Part shown: piece by piece, positions 52,583-62,502 of the stretch
Layout of the letters: each line of letters starts with the position of its first letter
Numbering within the stretch: the first letter of the stretch is position 1
DNA from: a virus
Length of the DNA stretch: 64,000 bases
IMG/VR virus record: IMGVR_UViG_3300044844_000854
Coordinates: 40,575-104,574 of that record
Direction: 5' to 3' (one strand)
The notes under the pieces: model-generated
Told to the model about the DNA's origin: nothing
The model's input: the letters and a program-made list of their open reading frames with translations, nothing else
Database searches by the model: none
Position numbers and translations under genes: made by a program

Positions 52583-52885
52583 ATGCAAATCACTACATTA
52601 AATTTAAAAGGTTGCTTGATTGATCAATTATTGGTAGATGAAGAAAAACCAAGACACAAGCTAATGAAAACATACTCATATAAAAATAAATGGTTTGTGG
52701 AAATCTATGAGGCATTTAATTCACGAACTAATTCAAGAACAAGAGTATTTGCAAATCTTTTAGCACCTGATGATGCTTTTAGAACAATCCCTACACTTGC
52801 AACTAAGCATAGAATTTTTACATCTATGTATGAACATAAGAATATAGATGAATTGGAATACCAAGATTTAGTTAAAGGTATGTAA
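52583..52885 (+). CDS. Hypothetical protein
   Basis: AGGAG RBS; TTGACA-17-TATAGT promoter at 52517-52545. Confidence 0.6.
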   Translation: MQITTLNLKGCLIDQLLVDEEKPRHKLMKTYSYKNKWFVEIYEAFNSRTNSRTRVFANLLAPDDAFRTIPTLATKHRIFTSMYEHKNIDELEYQDLVKGM

Positions 52886-53038
52886 GATAATCTATCAAAC
52901 TTAAACATAACAACAACAAAAAAACGGGAATTTAAAAAATACCTTAGATATATACTAACAACACTTAGATCGTTATACTCTATACCATATCAATCATTGA
53001 TATATTTTTTCTATTCCGTTTTTCTCAAGGAAACACAG

Positions 53039-53680
53039 ATGACACAACAACAATACTCAAGACCTAGAGTTGAACTTACACCAAAGGTACTTGATAGATT
53101 AAACATCGGTAAACGATATTGGCAATCGTCCTTAGATACCTTGCCTAAAGAAAGCAAACACTATTCAATCACTAAAGAATATGTTAAGGAATTTGCACTT
53201 AAATATGAGCCTAAAGGTATTGGCTTGTTTCTATGGGGTAACAATTCCACAGGTAAAACATGGACTGCTACTGCTATCCTTAAAGAACTTGCTCATATTG
53301 GCTACACTGCATACACTATCTTAGGTGATGAACTTCGAGCAATTTATATAAACAATCAGATGTTCGATCCTGATAACTCTATCATTAGATGGGTAGAGAA
53401 TGTCGAAATCCTTTTGATTGAAGATATTGGTAAAGAGTATAATGCTAGTGGCAGTGGTTGGGCAGAACTATGCTTTGAAAACCTGCTTAGAAAGCGATCA
53501 CGAAATCTAAAGGTAACTATCATTACTACAAATTTGTCACCAGATGAATTTAAAGATAGGTACAAAAACTCTGCTATGGCTATCTTACTAGAGTCAATGA
53601 TAGCTATACAAGTGAAATCAACTGACAATCGTGCTAAAATCCAAGCAGAGATACAAAAAACAATCGTTAATCCTAGCTAA
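53039..53680 (+). CDS. DnaC/IstB-like AAA+ helicase loader
   Basis: GLFLWGNNSTGKT, LLIEDIGKE, TIITTNL. Confidence 0.88.
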   Translation: MTQQQYSRPRVELTPKVLDRLNIGKRYWQSSLDTLPKESKHYSITKEYVKEFALKYEPKGIGLFLWGNNSTGKTWTATAILKELAHIGYTAYTILGDELRAIYINNQMFDPDNSIIRWVENVEILLIEDIGKEYNASGSGWAELCFENLLRKRSRNLKVTIITTNLSPDEFKDRYKNSAMAILLESMIAIQVKSTDNRAKIQAEIQKTIVNPS

Positions 53681-53709
53681 AAAAACGGAACATATAAAAA
53701 GGCATAGTA

Positions 53710-54099
53710 ATGTTAAAAGGTAATTTAGATTTTAAATCACTAAATGATAGCTTAGTATTATGGTTTGAGATAAATACATTATTTACTCTAGATCATACTA
53801 AGAATTGCTATGTCATCAACAAAGAACGAATATTATTTATACATAGTGTACTTATTAAGCACTCGATCACTATCGTTAAGTATGATAATATAAATGTATG
53901 CTTTGATGATCTAAACATTAAACTAGATATTCTTGTTTTTAATAATCGTTTAGATTGTCAAGCTACTCTTTTAAGAACACCAATCCCATTCCACTTGGTA
54001 ACATTAGATGAGGAAAATCCAAGTAAAGAAACAACAACATTCACAGATAGCCTTTTATCAACATATAAGGTTTCTCGTTCTCACCTACGACAAGGATAA
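53710..54099 (+). CDS. Hypothetical protein
   Basis: 129 aa between loader and helicase. Confidence 0.5.
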   Translation: MLKGNLDFKSLNDSLVLWFEINTLFTLDHTKNCYVINKERILFIHSVLIKHSITIVKYDNINVCFDDLNIKLDILVFNNRLDCQATLLRTPIPFHLVTLDEENPSKETTTFTDSLLSTYKVSRSHLRQG

Positions 54100-54105
54100 C
54101 ACTAA

Positions 54106-55557
54106 ATGGACATTTCAGGTCACATTTTTTCAAGGATCATTTTAGATGATCAAACTACAATTCAAAAGGTTATTGATAGCTTATCACCTGAAGTATTTGT
54201 AGATAAGGATAGGGATATTTATACCTTTATCCAAGATTATTATCGTAACTACGGTAGCCAACCATCAGCAGATGTATTGTGTTCAGAATTCCCCACCTTT
54301 ACCGATAGGTATGTAGAGTGTGATGAGCCTATTGAATTTTACATTGCTAAAGCTAAAAAACAATTCCTTAGTAATCTACTACTCACATTATCCAAAGACA
54401 TTGCAATCAATCTCAAAGGTAACAAAGACCCTTTTGTAATTCTTGATGATAAATTAAGATCAGCAATTGCTAAAGCAGACATTCTTGCTACTGAAACACG
54501 AGATGATAATTGGAGCTCAAGTGGTTTAGATCGCTTTGATGAATACAAACAAATTCAATCAAAACATGGTATTGAAGGTATCATCACACCTTTCCCTAGC
54601 CTTAATGGTTATATGCAACTTGTAGATGGCACACTTAATTACATTGTTGCTAGACAAGGTGTGGGTAAAACCTGGTTACTTTGTAGACTAGCAATTCATG
54701 CTCATGAGTGTTCAAATAAGATCGTTATGTTTGACACTAGGGAAATGCCAATCAATCAAATCGGTAGAAGATTAGATGCACTCAAATTCAATCTATCCTA
54801 TGAAGAACTTCGTAAAGGTGATCTAAACTCTTCTGAAGAACAGAGATGGCAGATTGAATTACAAAAACAATCTCAGCTTAATTACCAACCTTTTCACCTA
54901 CTTGAAGAGAGTGGTGGTGTTATGGCACTTGCATCTAAGATTGACAAATACAAAGGTGGTATTCTATTTATAGATGGTGCATATATGATACCTGATGATA
55001 GATCAAAAAATCAAAATGCACCTGAGTGGCAAAGAATTACCAATGTCATGAGAGATTTAAAGCGACTTGCTAAACAGAAAAACATTCCCATTGTTGTATC
55101 ATTACAATTCTCTAAAGAAGCATCCAACACAAATGGTAATGCATCAAATATTGCTTTAGGTGATGTTGCAAAAGAAGCTGATTGTATCTTAGGTTTATTC
55201 CGTTCAGAAGATCAAAAAAATTCCGAACGAGCTACAATCAAAATTCTTAAAAATCGTGAAGGCACAGAGATGGGGCAAATTGAACTTGATTGGCTATTAT
55301 CCAAAGGTGTAATCAAAGAAGTTGATCATGATGTTGACTATTCTGTTGTAGAGCCTAAAGCACAACAACCTATCACTTGGGATCACAAACCTATCATTGA
55401 GCCTGTTAAACCTATACAGACCAATACACAAATGCATTCTTCTAGTGATTGGGACAGTAATAACACTATTGTTAAACAATGGACTACACAACAACCTACA
55501 CAGAATACAAATGCAAGTGGTTGGTATATGAATGATGATGGTGATATTGATTTTTAA
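54106..55557 (+). CDS. dnaB: DnaB-like replicative helicase
   Basis: VARQGVGKT, REM, LFIDGAY, LKRLAK...IPIVVSLQ, ILKNREG. Confidence 0.92.
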   Translation: MDISGHIFSRIILDDQTTIQKVIDSLSPEVFVDKDRDIYTFIQDYYRNYGSQPSADVLCSEFPTFTDRYVECDEPIEFYIAKAKKQFLSNLLLTLSKDIAINLKGNKDPFVILDDKLRSAIAKADILATETRDDNWSSSGLDRFDEYKQIQSKHGIEGIITPFPSLNGYMQLVDGTLNYIVARQGVGKTWLLCRLAIHAHECSNKIVMFDTREMPINQIGRRLDALKFNLSYEELRKGDLNSSEEQRWQIELQKQSQLNYQPFHLLEESGGVMALASKIDKYKGGILFIDGAYMIPDDRSKNQNAPEWQRITNVMRDLKRLAKQKNIPIVVSLQFSKEASNTNGNASNIALGDVAKEADCILGLFRSEDQKNSERATIKILKNREGTEMGQIELDWLLSKGVIKEVDHDVDYSVVEPKAQQPITWDHKPIIEPVKPIQTNTQMHSSSDWDSNNTIVKQWTTQQPTQNTNASGWYMNDDGDIDF

Positions 55558-55650
55558 TCTAAGCTATTGATTGATTTTACTTAGATACTTATACTATATA
55601 TAATTTCTTTTCTATCACTTATTCTTACTGAAAAAACGGAACAGTAAAAG

Positions 55651-56664
55651 ATGAAACAACAACAAATCATTAACCTATTAAAATCCATAGGTATATACTC
55701 AAGACAAGGTGCAAGTGATAATCTTATTGTTTGTTGCCCTTTAGCTGAATATAGAGAACTACACCAATTTAATAAGGATAATAAACCAAGTATGGGTATC
55801 CTTGTTAAAGATGCAGAGCCTTGTATCATTCACTGTTTTACATGTGGGTATAAAAATATCTCTTTAGCTAAAATGCTACTTGAATTACAACAGTATAGAC
55901 CTGATGATCAAGCACTTGATGTTGCTATTGATCAAGCTACATTGATTGAATTACCTAGTGAAGATGAAGTGTTATCACTAATCAATGACATCACTAATAA
56001 TCAAGCTAGAAATAATGGTAATTACCTATTGCCTAAATATGAAGAAGATACACCTTTAGATACTTCTCTATGGGATACTTACAAGAAGAAATACCATAAA
56101 TACTTTGAAGATCGTGGTATCACACTTGATACTTGTAAGGATTTTGAAAGTGGCTATGATCGTGAGAAAAAACGAGTAATGCTACCTGTATATGATAAAA
56201 ACAACATTCTTAGAGGTGCTGTGGGTAGATCAATCATACCTAACATTGATCCCAAGTATTTAAACTATTGGGAATTTAATAAAGGTAAATACCTTATGGG
56301 CGAACACCTTATACATAAGAACAACATCTTGATTATTACAGAAGGTATGTTTGATCTACTTAAAGGCTACCAATACCTAAAGCAGCATGATCTCTTAGGT
56401 ACTTATAGCATTGTTGCTCTTATGGGGGCTAGACTTACAGATATTCAAGCAATCACTATTGTTAAACTTGCAGGTGAAGTTGTATTATTTCTAGACAATG
56501 ATGATGTAGGTAGAGAAAACTCTAAGCATATTGCTACATTACTTGCTAAATCCATTATGGTGACAGGTGTAAATTGGTCAGTCCTTAAAACAAATAAAAA
56601 GGACTTAGGCGAATTAAGCTATGATGAATTTGATACTATGCTTAACTTAACAGAGATTATGTAA
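55651..56664 (+). CDS. dnaG: DnaG-like primase (Zn finger plus TOPRIM)
   Basis: CCP...H...KPS...HCFTCG, GAVGR, PKYLN, ITEGMFD, FLDNDDVG, KDLGE. Confidence 0.92.
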   Translation: MKQQQIINLLKSIGIYSRQGASDNLIVCCPLAEYRELHQFNKDNKPSMGILVKDAEPCIIHCFTCGYKNISLAKMLLELQQYRPDDQALDVAIDQATLIELPSEDEVLSLINDITNNQARNNGNYLLPKYEEDTPLDTSLWDTYKKKYHKYFEDRGITLDTCKDFESGYDREKKRVMLPVYDKNNILRGAVGRSIIPNIDPKYLNYWEFNKGKYLMGEHLIHKNNILIITEGMFDLLKGYQYLKQHDLLGTYSIVALMGARLTDIQAITIVKLAGEVVLFLDNDDVGRENSKHIATLLAKSIMVTGVNWSVLKTNKKDLGELSYDEFDTMLNLTEIM

Positions 56665-56817
56665 ATTTATTGCATGATCATTGATAAAAAAACGGAATTT
56701 TAAAAAAATCCTTAGCACTATACACTCTACACTAAGAATGTTATTATATATCTATCATAAATTGATACACTTTCTTTTTATGATACCAACAACCAAAGAC
56801 ACACAAGGACATATAAG

Positions 56818-57063
56818 ATGATGAAAGAATTACATCTTGAATTACCTGTTGTAGATAAAGAAAATACCCCACCTGTACTTCCTAGCAGGTATATCACAGT
56901 CGTTGAATTAGTAGATCCAAATGATGAACGATTAAAGGGTATTCCACACAATCCAACAGATGAAGAATTAGAAACAATCATTCGCAAATATGAACAAGAA
57001 AATGAATGGACTAATAGAGTATGGGAGTCATATATTGATGAATACAGAAACCCTACAGAATAA
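56818..57063 (+). CDS. Hypothetical protein
   Basis: AAGGA RBS; boxed promoter at 56719-56747. Confidence 0.55.
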   Translation: MMKELHLELPVVDKENTPPVLPSRYITVVELVDPNDERLKGIPHNPTDEELETIIRKYEQENEWTNRVWESYIDEYRNPTE

Positions 57064-57319
57064 CTCTATTGATTTCCTACAGTACCTTGATACTTACAAT
57101 CTAGTACAAGAGATCAATTTCAAAAGATCATGTATTGAACATAATGGTGAGCCCTTTTATGTAAAGTATCAAATCGCTAATATTGTACAGATTTTGCCAA
57201 CAGATAATGGCACATACCGTTGCTACCACTCAACAAATAGTTCTATCAAAGACATTAGAGAATGTAATTTTGATGAATTTACAATTGATTTTAGTGATGG
57301 CTCTGTTGAGATGTGCTAA
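57038..57319 (+). CDS. Hypothetical protein
   Basis: GGGAG upstream of ATG 57038. Confidence 0.5.
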   Translation: MNTETLQNNSIDFLQYLDTYNLVQEINFKRSCIEHNGEPFYVKYQIANIVQILPTDNGTYRCYHSTNSSIKDIRECNFDEFTIDFSDGSVEMC

Positions 57320-57481
57320 GACTATAAACCTATGGATATTTAGATTTATAATACTGATCACTGATTAAAACCTTTTTATGAGAACTAGACTTGTTAGACC
57401 GTACGAATATGGCTTATACAAGCACGACCACCTGCATCATGATATGGTGCTAAACACAACCACAACCACAAGGATAACTCT

Positions 57482-57907
57482 ATGAGAGATGCCTACAATT
57501 ACAAACAATATTTAGATGATGATCATATCTTGGATATGGAATATTATTCAGGTGAATCAGATGATGAATATGAAAATGAAGCACAACTTGAATTTTGCAC
57601 AGAAACCATTGGTGAATTGCTTAAAACAATGGTCAAGCTAAGAAATACAGACTCAAACACTGTTCACCTTGATGCTTACAATATTGGCTGGCAAGCACAT
57701 TCGGCAAGTAAGCTATACACTGTCGATACAAACGATAGCGATCACACTGCAGGACTTGACTTTATCCACAAGACATTCATGCATAGATACGATGGTATTA
57801 AAATCTATGTTAAGGAAATTGACAAGCTATACACCACTGTCCATAATAATGGATTTGTTGTGATTTGCCATAGTCATGATTGTAATATGGTGATTAGCAT
57901 ATCTTAG
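57482..57907 (+). CDS. Hypothetical protein
   Basis: AAGGA RBS. Confidence 0.55.
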   Translation: MRDAYNYKQYLDDDHILDMEYYSGESDDEYENEAQLEFCTETIGELLKTMVKLRNTDSNTVHLDAYNIGWQAHSASKLYTVDTNDSDHTAGLDFIHKTFMHRYDGIKIYVKEIDKLYTTVHNNGFVVICHSHDCNMVISIS

Positions 57908-57990
57908 CTCTTCATGTTGATATTATAGTGTCTGTATGCTATTAAACTATAAGATACAAAACGGAATATATAAAAACAATAGAGAACACA

Positions 57991-58482
57991 ATGTTAAAAC
58001 GACTAAAGAAACGATTTACTATTGATTTTAGCAAATCAGAGATTATGTTGTTTGAAAATCAGACAATACTAATCAAAAGACCTAATACTAAATATCATGG
58101 TAATATGTGTACTGTTAGATATATGGGCGATCGTGAGAAATCTGCAAAAATCTTATTTACAAGAGCAGAATATGAACGAGAAGAAATCATCTTAGGTAAC
58201 ACAGGCATTTCTGAGGTAGTGATTATTGTTAATTCTAAGAAAAACCTAGAGTATAAATCATACTTTATCTTTACAAACTATTTGGATAAAGAGAATAAGC
58301 TATACCGTTCTAGGCACACATACTATGTTTATGATAGGTATAATCCAACTGTAAAATATTTAAAAAATAGACTTACAGATGAAACAATTCTTATAGGTGA
58401 TACTAAAAAACCTACACAAGAAGAACAAATTGTGCCACAAGTACATAAAAAGAAATCTATTTTTAAGCGATTAAATAAATAG
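57991..58482 (+). CDS. Hypothetical basic protein
   Basis: 163 aa. Confidence 0.5.
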   Translation: MLKRLKKRFTIDFSKSEIMLFENQTILIKRPNTKYHGNMCTVRYMGDREKSAKILFTRAEYEREEIILGNTGISEVVIIVNSKKNLEYKSYFIFTNYLDKENKLYRSRHTYYVYDRYNPTVKYLKNRLTDETILIGDTKKPTQEEQIVPQVHKKKSIFKRLNK

Positions 58483-58552
58483 AAAAATCTTTACATATCA
58501 AGTATGGTATGATAAAGTGTAAATCCCCCAACCACACAAGGAAAAAAACGGA

Positions 58553-59014
58553 ATGTATAAAACCCTTGAAGAACAGAAACAAGCAATCACTAAATTACTA
58601 TTAAATCCTGATAGTAATCTATATGATGCAATTGCTTTAGATATTAAACTAGCACTAGAGCCAATGCACATTTCTTTAGTATATCATACACTATCACTAT
58701 TACCTGATGATCAAGCATTTGATGAGTTAAAGATTATGCTTAGAGCGATTTGTTTAAACCATATTGCCCTTTTAACTAGAGATCAAATTTTGGTAAATGT
58801 TATGCCTAAAGCAGCATATGTAGTTATCAAGTATGCATACTCTTTCTTAGATCAAAAATCTCAAGAAGTATACAACAACATTCTTACACAACTTACAGAT
58901 CCAAGCTATGATGAATTTAAGGCATATTTCTTAGAACAAAAACCTATGCCCCCACACATTGCTTTAGATACACTTAAACAAGCACTACCAACCTTTTCTG
59001 AAGGAGAAGAATAA
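58553..59014 (+). CDS. Hypothetical protein
   Basis: AAGGA RBS. Confidence 0.55.
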   Translation: MYKTLEEQKQAITKLLLNPDSNLYDAIALDIKLALEPMHISLVYHTLSLLPDDQAFDELKIMLRAICLNHIALLTRDQILVNVMPKAAYVVIKYAYSFLDQKSQEVYNNILTQLTDPSYDEFKAYFLEQKPMPPHIALDTLKQALPTFSEGEE

Positions 59015-59286
59015 TGCAAAACTACACAATCACACCAATCTCAGCAGATACATGGAACACCAACGATCAAGAACTTGCAAATGAAATTGCCACATCAGTA
59101 ATTGATAGTGGATTTTTGACACATGATTTAAGTCAAGCACATTCAATGATTACATTCAATGAAAATGCACCTACCTTTAGATCATTTAAACTAGAATATG
59201 GTGATCGTGAATTTGTGCTAGAGATCAATGTATCACTTACAAAGAACAATGGCAGATCAAAACAACTTGTGATCACAGCAAGTTAA
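59014..59286 (+). CDS. Hypothetical protein
   Basis: AAGGAG RBS, TAATG coupling. Confidence 0.55.
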   Translation: MQNYTITPISADTWNTNDQELANEIATSVIDSGFLTHDLSQAHSMITFNENAPTFRSFKLEYGDREFVLEINVSLTKNNGRSKQLVITAS

Positions 59287-59436
59287 TAGCTGGCAAAATT
59301 AACACTACACTACCAAAATTGCCAAGTGTGGTAATAACTATTTGAAATATATAAAGAAAATACACCACTAAAAAAACGGAATTGACAAAAACCTTATCTT
59401 AGATACCATATAAAAAACCAATGATAAGGAAACAAA

Positions 59437-60024
59437 TTGATTAAGAAATACAAAAACACAAAAGATACAGATAAAGATCACCGTATTGAAATTGCAGATC
59501 ACCATATCTATTTTTATAGCGATATTACAGATGATACTGTTGTAGAGTTAATCCAACTAATCAATGAACTAGAAAGAGATATGCTTGATGTACACTTTAG
59601 AACACAGATACCTTTACAATATTTACCTATTCATTTGCACATATCTAGTGAGGGCGGAGATGTTTATGCAGGTTTTAATGCTTATCATTACATTGTGAAT
59701 TGTAAAGTACCCGTACACACCTATGTAGAAGGATTTGTAGCATCTGCAGGGACATTCCTATCTGTTGCAGGTAAAAAACGGTATATGCAAAAATATGCTA
59801 CAATGATGGTACACCAAGTATCCTTTAGCACATCTCAATCAATGACATATGAGAAAGTAAAAGATGAAAAAGTAGCTTTAGATATGATTATGAACTCTAT
59901 CCAAGAAATCTATACTAAACATACAAAGATTAAGAAGAAACCCCTGACTGAATTACTAAAGAGAGATGCATTTATGGATGCAAATATGGCACTTACTAAT
60001 AACTTTGTGGATATAGTGCTTTAA
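59437..60024 (+). CDS. clpP: ClpP-like serine protease
   Basis: LHISSEGGDV, EGFVASAGT (catalytic Ser), MMVHQ (His), RDAFMDA (Asp). Confidence 0.88.
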   Translation: MIKKYKNTKDTDKDHRIEIADHHIYFYSDITDDTVVELIQLINELERDMLDVHFRTQIPLQYLPIHLHISSEGGDVYAGFNAYHYIVNCKVPVHTYVEGFVASAGTFLSVAGKKRYMQKYATMMVHQVSFSTSQSMTYEKVKDEKVALDMIMNSIQEIYTKHTKIKKKPLTELLKRDAFMDANMALTNNFVDIVL

Positions 60025-60075
60025 TCTTTTCTATATTCAATGCAATATTTCTAATTTCTCATAAATTTCTAGCTA

Positions 60076-60104
60076 TTTACAATCACTACTTAGATTGATA
60101 TACT
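60076..60104 (+). promoter_or_regulatory. Promoter with ACTTAGA spacer box
   Basis: TTTACA-17-TATACT preceded by CTAGCTA. Confidence 0.65.
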
Positions 60105-60114
60105 GATTGAATAC

Positions 60115-60678
60115 ATGAAAATGTATGTATTTTCTTTACCATTCACAAGTGAGAGCCAAATGATAGACTTTCTTTGCGAAATGATAGCTGAACACTACAT
60201 TGATATGACAGTAAACTCTGTTAGAAATATCACACCTAGCTATCAAGAACAATTATATAAACAATATGGAACACAATCAAAGTTCCAAATAAATTGTCGA
60301 AAACTACTTACAGATGTTGTCGCATACAATGATAGAGTAGACCTAACCTATATCACCTGCATTGCATTTAATGAAAGTAGATTTACATACAATGTTGTTG
60401 CCCTTGACGGTGCTAGAGGTATCATGCAGGTAATGCCATCTAATCTTAAAAAATTCCCTAAGAAGAAAGATTGGCAGATTGCAGTAGATTACTTAGAACA
60501 AATTATTGAACGATCACCAAGTGAATGTCATGTCTTTAGTGAATATGCAAGTGGTAGTAACTTTTGCTCTAAAAACAAAACCAACAAAACAAGGCAATAT
60601 GCTAAAAAAATGATGGAATGTAGGCAATTCCTAAATGATAGTATAAATTGTAGGTATTTTGATAGGTGTGGTTGCTAA
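60115..60678 (+). CDS. SLT-family lytic transglycosylase
   Basis: CIAFNESRF and GARGIMQVMP motifs. Confidence 0.8.
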   Translation: MKMYVFSLPFTSESQMIDFLCEMIAEHYIDMTVNSVRNITPSYQEQLYKQYGTQSKFQINCRKLLTDVVAYNDRVDLTYITCIAFNESRFTYNVVALDGARGIMQVMPSNLKKFPKKKDWQIAVDYLEQIIERSPSECHVFSEYASGSNFCSKNKTNKTRQYAKKMMECRQFLNDSINCRYFDRCGC

Positions 60679-60755
60679 ACACCAAAAAAACGGGATTGTA
60701 AAAAAGAAAAAATGATATATACTCTCTAGATACAATTAACAAAGAGAGAGAAATA

Positions 60756-61241
60756 ATGACTATTAAAAAGATTAATCCACCACTAATCATTACACCTAGA
60801 GTAGTGCCTAAATTTGATAATATTGAACTAGATGAAACAGAGATAGAAACTGCTGAAGATTTTAGAACAGAACACTTTACATTATCTGAATTAGAACGAG
60901 CATGTAAAATCCCTGACAATCTTAGACCTAATGCACTTAAACTACTAGAGAATTTACAAATCATTAGAACTAATATTGGAAAGCCTATTTCTATTTTATC
61001 AGGTTATCGTGATGAAGCACTTAATATTAAAGTGAAAGGGGCTCAAAATTCATACCATACAAAAGCTATGGCAGCAGATATTAGAGCAACTGACATTGCA
61101 CCTAAAGATTTGTTTGCAATCATTGACAAATTGATTAGGGAAAAAAAGCTATCTGAAGGTGGACTTGGATTATACACACGACCAAATGGTTGGGTACACT
61201 ATGATACAAGGGGATTTAAGGCAAGGTGGACTGATTACTAA
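60756..61241 (+). CDS. Peptidase M15 (D-Ala-D-Ala peptidase-like), candidate endolysin
   Basis: HFTLSE, ISILSGYR, NSYHTKAMAADI, GGLGLY, WVHYDTRG. Confidence 0.9.
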   Translation: MTIKKINPPLIITPRVVPKFDNIELDETEIETAEDFRTEHFTLSELERACKIPDNLRPNALKLLENLQIIRTNIGKPISILSGYRDEALNIKVKGAQNSYHTKAMAADIRATDIAPKDLFAIIDKLIREKKLSEGGLGLYTRPNGWVHYDTRGFKARWTDY

Positions 61242-61298
61242 ACATTATACTTTATACCTTATATTATTTACACTGAATATTTAATAATTCCCTAGACA

Positions 61299-61327
61299 TA
61301 TACAATTCGCACTTAGAATGTTATAAT
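61299..61327 (+). promoter_or_regulatory. Promoter with CACTTAGA spacer box
   Basis: TATACA-17-TATAAT, extended TG, preceded by CTAGACA. Confidence 0.6.
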
Positions 61328-61405
61328 ATACTTGCTTTCAATTTATTTTTCTTTTTTTCTCATAAAAAATTGAATAGCAAAAACCACACAACAAAGAGGT
61401 TTACC

Positions 61406-61780
61406 ATGCTACATAGCATTATCCCCCAATTAAAAGTGTTGCCATTAGTAGAAAATGTGCAACAACAAAGTGAAAATGTTTTGATCATTCCTAAGAAGTA
61501 CCCTAAAGGCTACAAAGAAGAGAAGTGCCAAGAACCATGTACTGCTACATTTCTTTTAACATGCTCAGGTGAATATGGCGAAACACGATTGACCATTGTA
61601 GGCTCTACTGAAGATTATAATTCAAGACTTCTTGGCTACAAAAATCCACAAACTTTCACTCGTTTTCGAGATGGAAAAGTGTTTACAATTGGCGACAAAA
61701 TCGAAATTGGATCAGATGAGTTTATTTCCCTTGTTGCTAATGCTATTAAATATCTATATGGTATGTCTTTCATGAAATAA
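61406..61780 (+). CDS. Hypothetical protein
   Basis: GAGG RBS before ATG 61406. Confidence 0.55.
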   Translation: MLHSIIPQLKVLPLVENVQQQSENVLIIPKKYPKGYKEEKCQEPCTATFLLTCSGEYGETRLTIVGSTEDYNSRLLGYKNPQTFTRFRDGKVFTIGDKIEIGSDEFISLVANAIKYLYGMSFMK

Positions 61781-62058
61781 CAAGCACATATTGTGCCTTG
61801 ACTAAACACTATGTAATACACAACTGATAAACAAAAGATCGGTGCCATATCTAGCGAAATTATCCATACAGGTAAGAAAGGTGTAAAAACCCCATACGGA
61901 ATAGATATGGCAGATTAGGTTTAGCCTAAGTGGTAAAAAATAAGTAGAAGATCGTTTTACACTACAAGGAGCAAGAGTTCTTTGTTGGACTTAAACTAAA
62001 CAAGATATATTTAGCATAAATTAAAACAATATCAAATTTAATATTCAATTTGTAGATA

Positions 62059-62087
62059 TTTACCATACTCACTAAGATTGCTATTCT
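62059..62087 (+). promoter_or_regulatory. Promoter with CACTAAGA spacer box
   Basis: TTTACC-17-TATTCT; spacer end and -10 (tcactaagattgctattct) identical to the 31428 promoter. Confidence 0.7.
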
Positions 62088-62152
62088 GTAAATGTCTTAA
62101 ATGACAATGACAAAAACCAACAACAACCACAGAAAAAACGGAGCTTTAAAAA

Positions 62153-62491
62153 ATGTCTTTAGACCTTAGCTTTGAATTTGATGCAACTCTACAAGAACTA
62201 GAGAATGCAGGTGTACCACATAACATTCGCTTATATAGAACTTATGCTGGTGCAAAACGATTACACACTATCGTACAAGAACTCTCAAACGGTACAATCT
62301 CTCTCTATCAGGATTTGGATAATCGCCATATTGATCAATTGGTATTCTGCTATAGATTAGCTAGAAATGTATTTGACAATGGTCACTTGGTGGATATGAT
62401 CGAAAACGATACACAATATCGAGATTTTTTTGATACATTGGTTGTAGTCAAAGAAAAAGAAATTAAAACTACCATTCGCCCCTTCTTTTAA
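62153..62491 (+). CDS. Hypothetical protein
   Basis: Motif-associated start. Confidence 0.55.
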   Translation: MSLDLSFEFDATLQELENAGVPHNIRLYRTYAGAKRLHTIVQELSNGTISLYQDLDNRHIDQLVFCYRLARNVFDNGHLVDMIENDTQYRDFFDTLVVVKEKEIKTTIRPFF

Positions 62492-62502
62492 AGGAAAAAC
62501 AA

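Noticed and set aside
28950-56664. Inteins or introns in nrdJ, polA, recA or dnaB
   Set aside because: ORFs are uninterrupted and of normal length, with no intein terminal motifs or homing endonuclease signatures
1353-61848. Numerous short minus-strand and alternate-frame ORFs in the track (e.g. 4161-4514, 38825-39247, 49864-50550, 51859-52242)
   Set aside because: They are shadows of well-supported + strand genes, with no RBS or recognisable motifs
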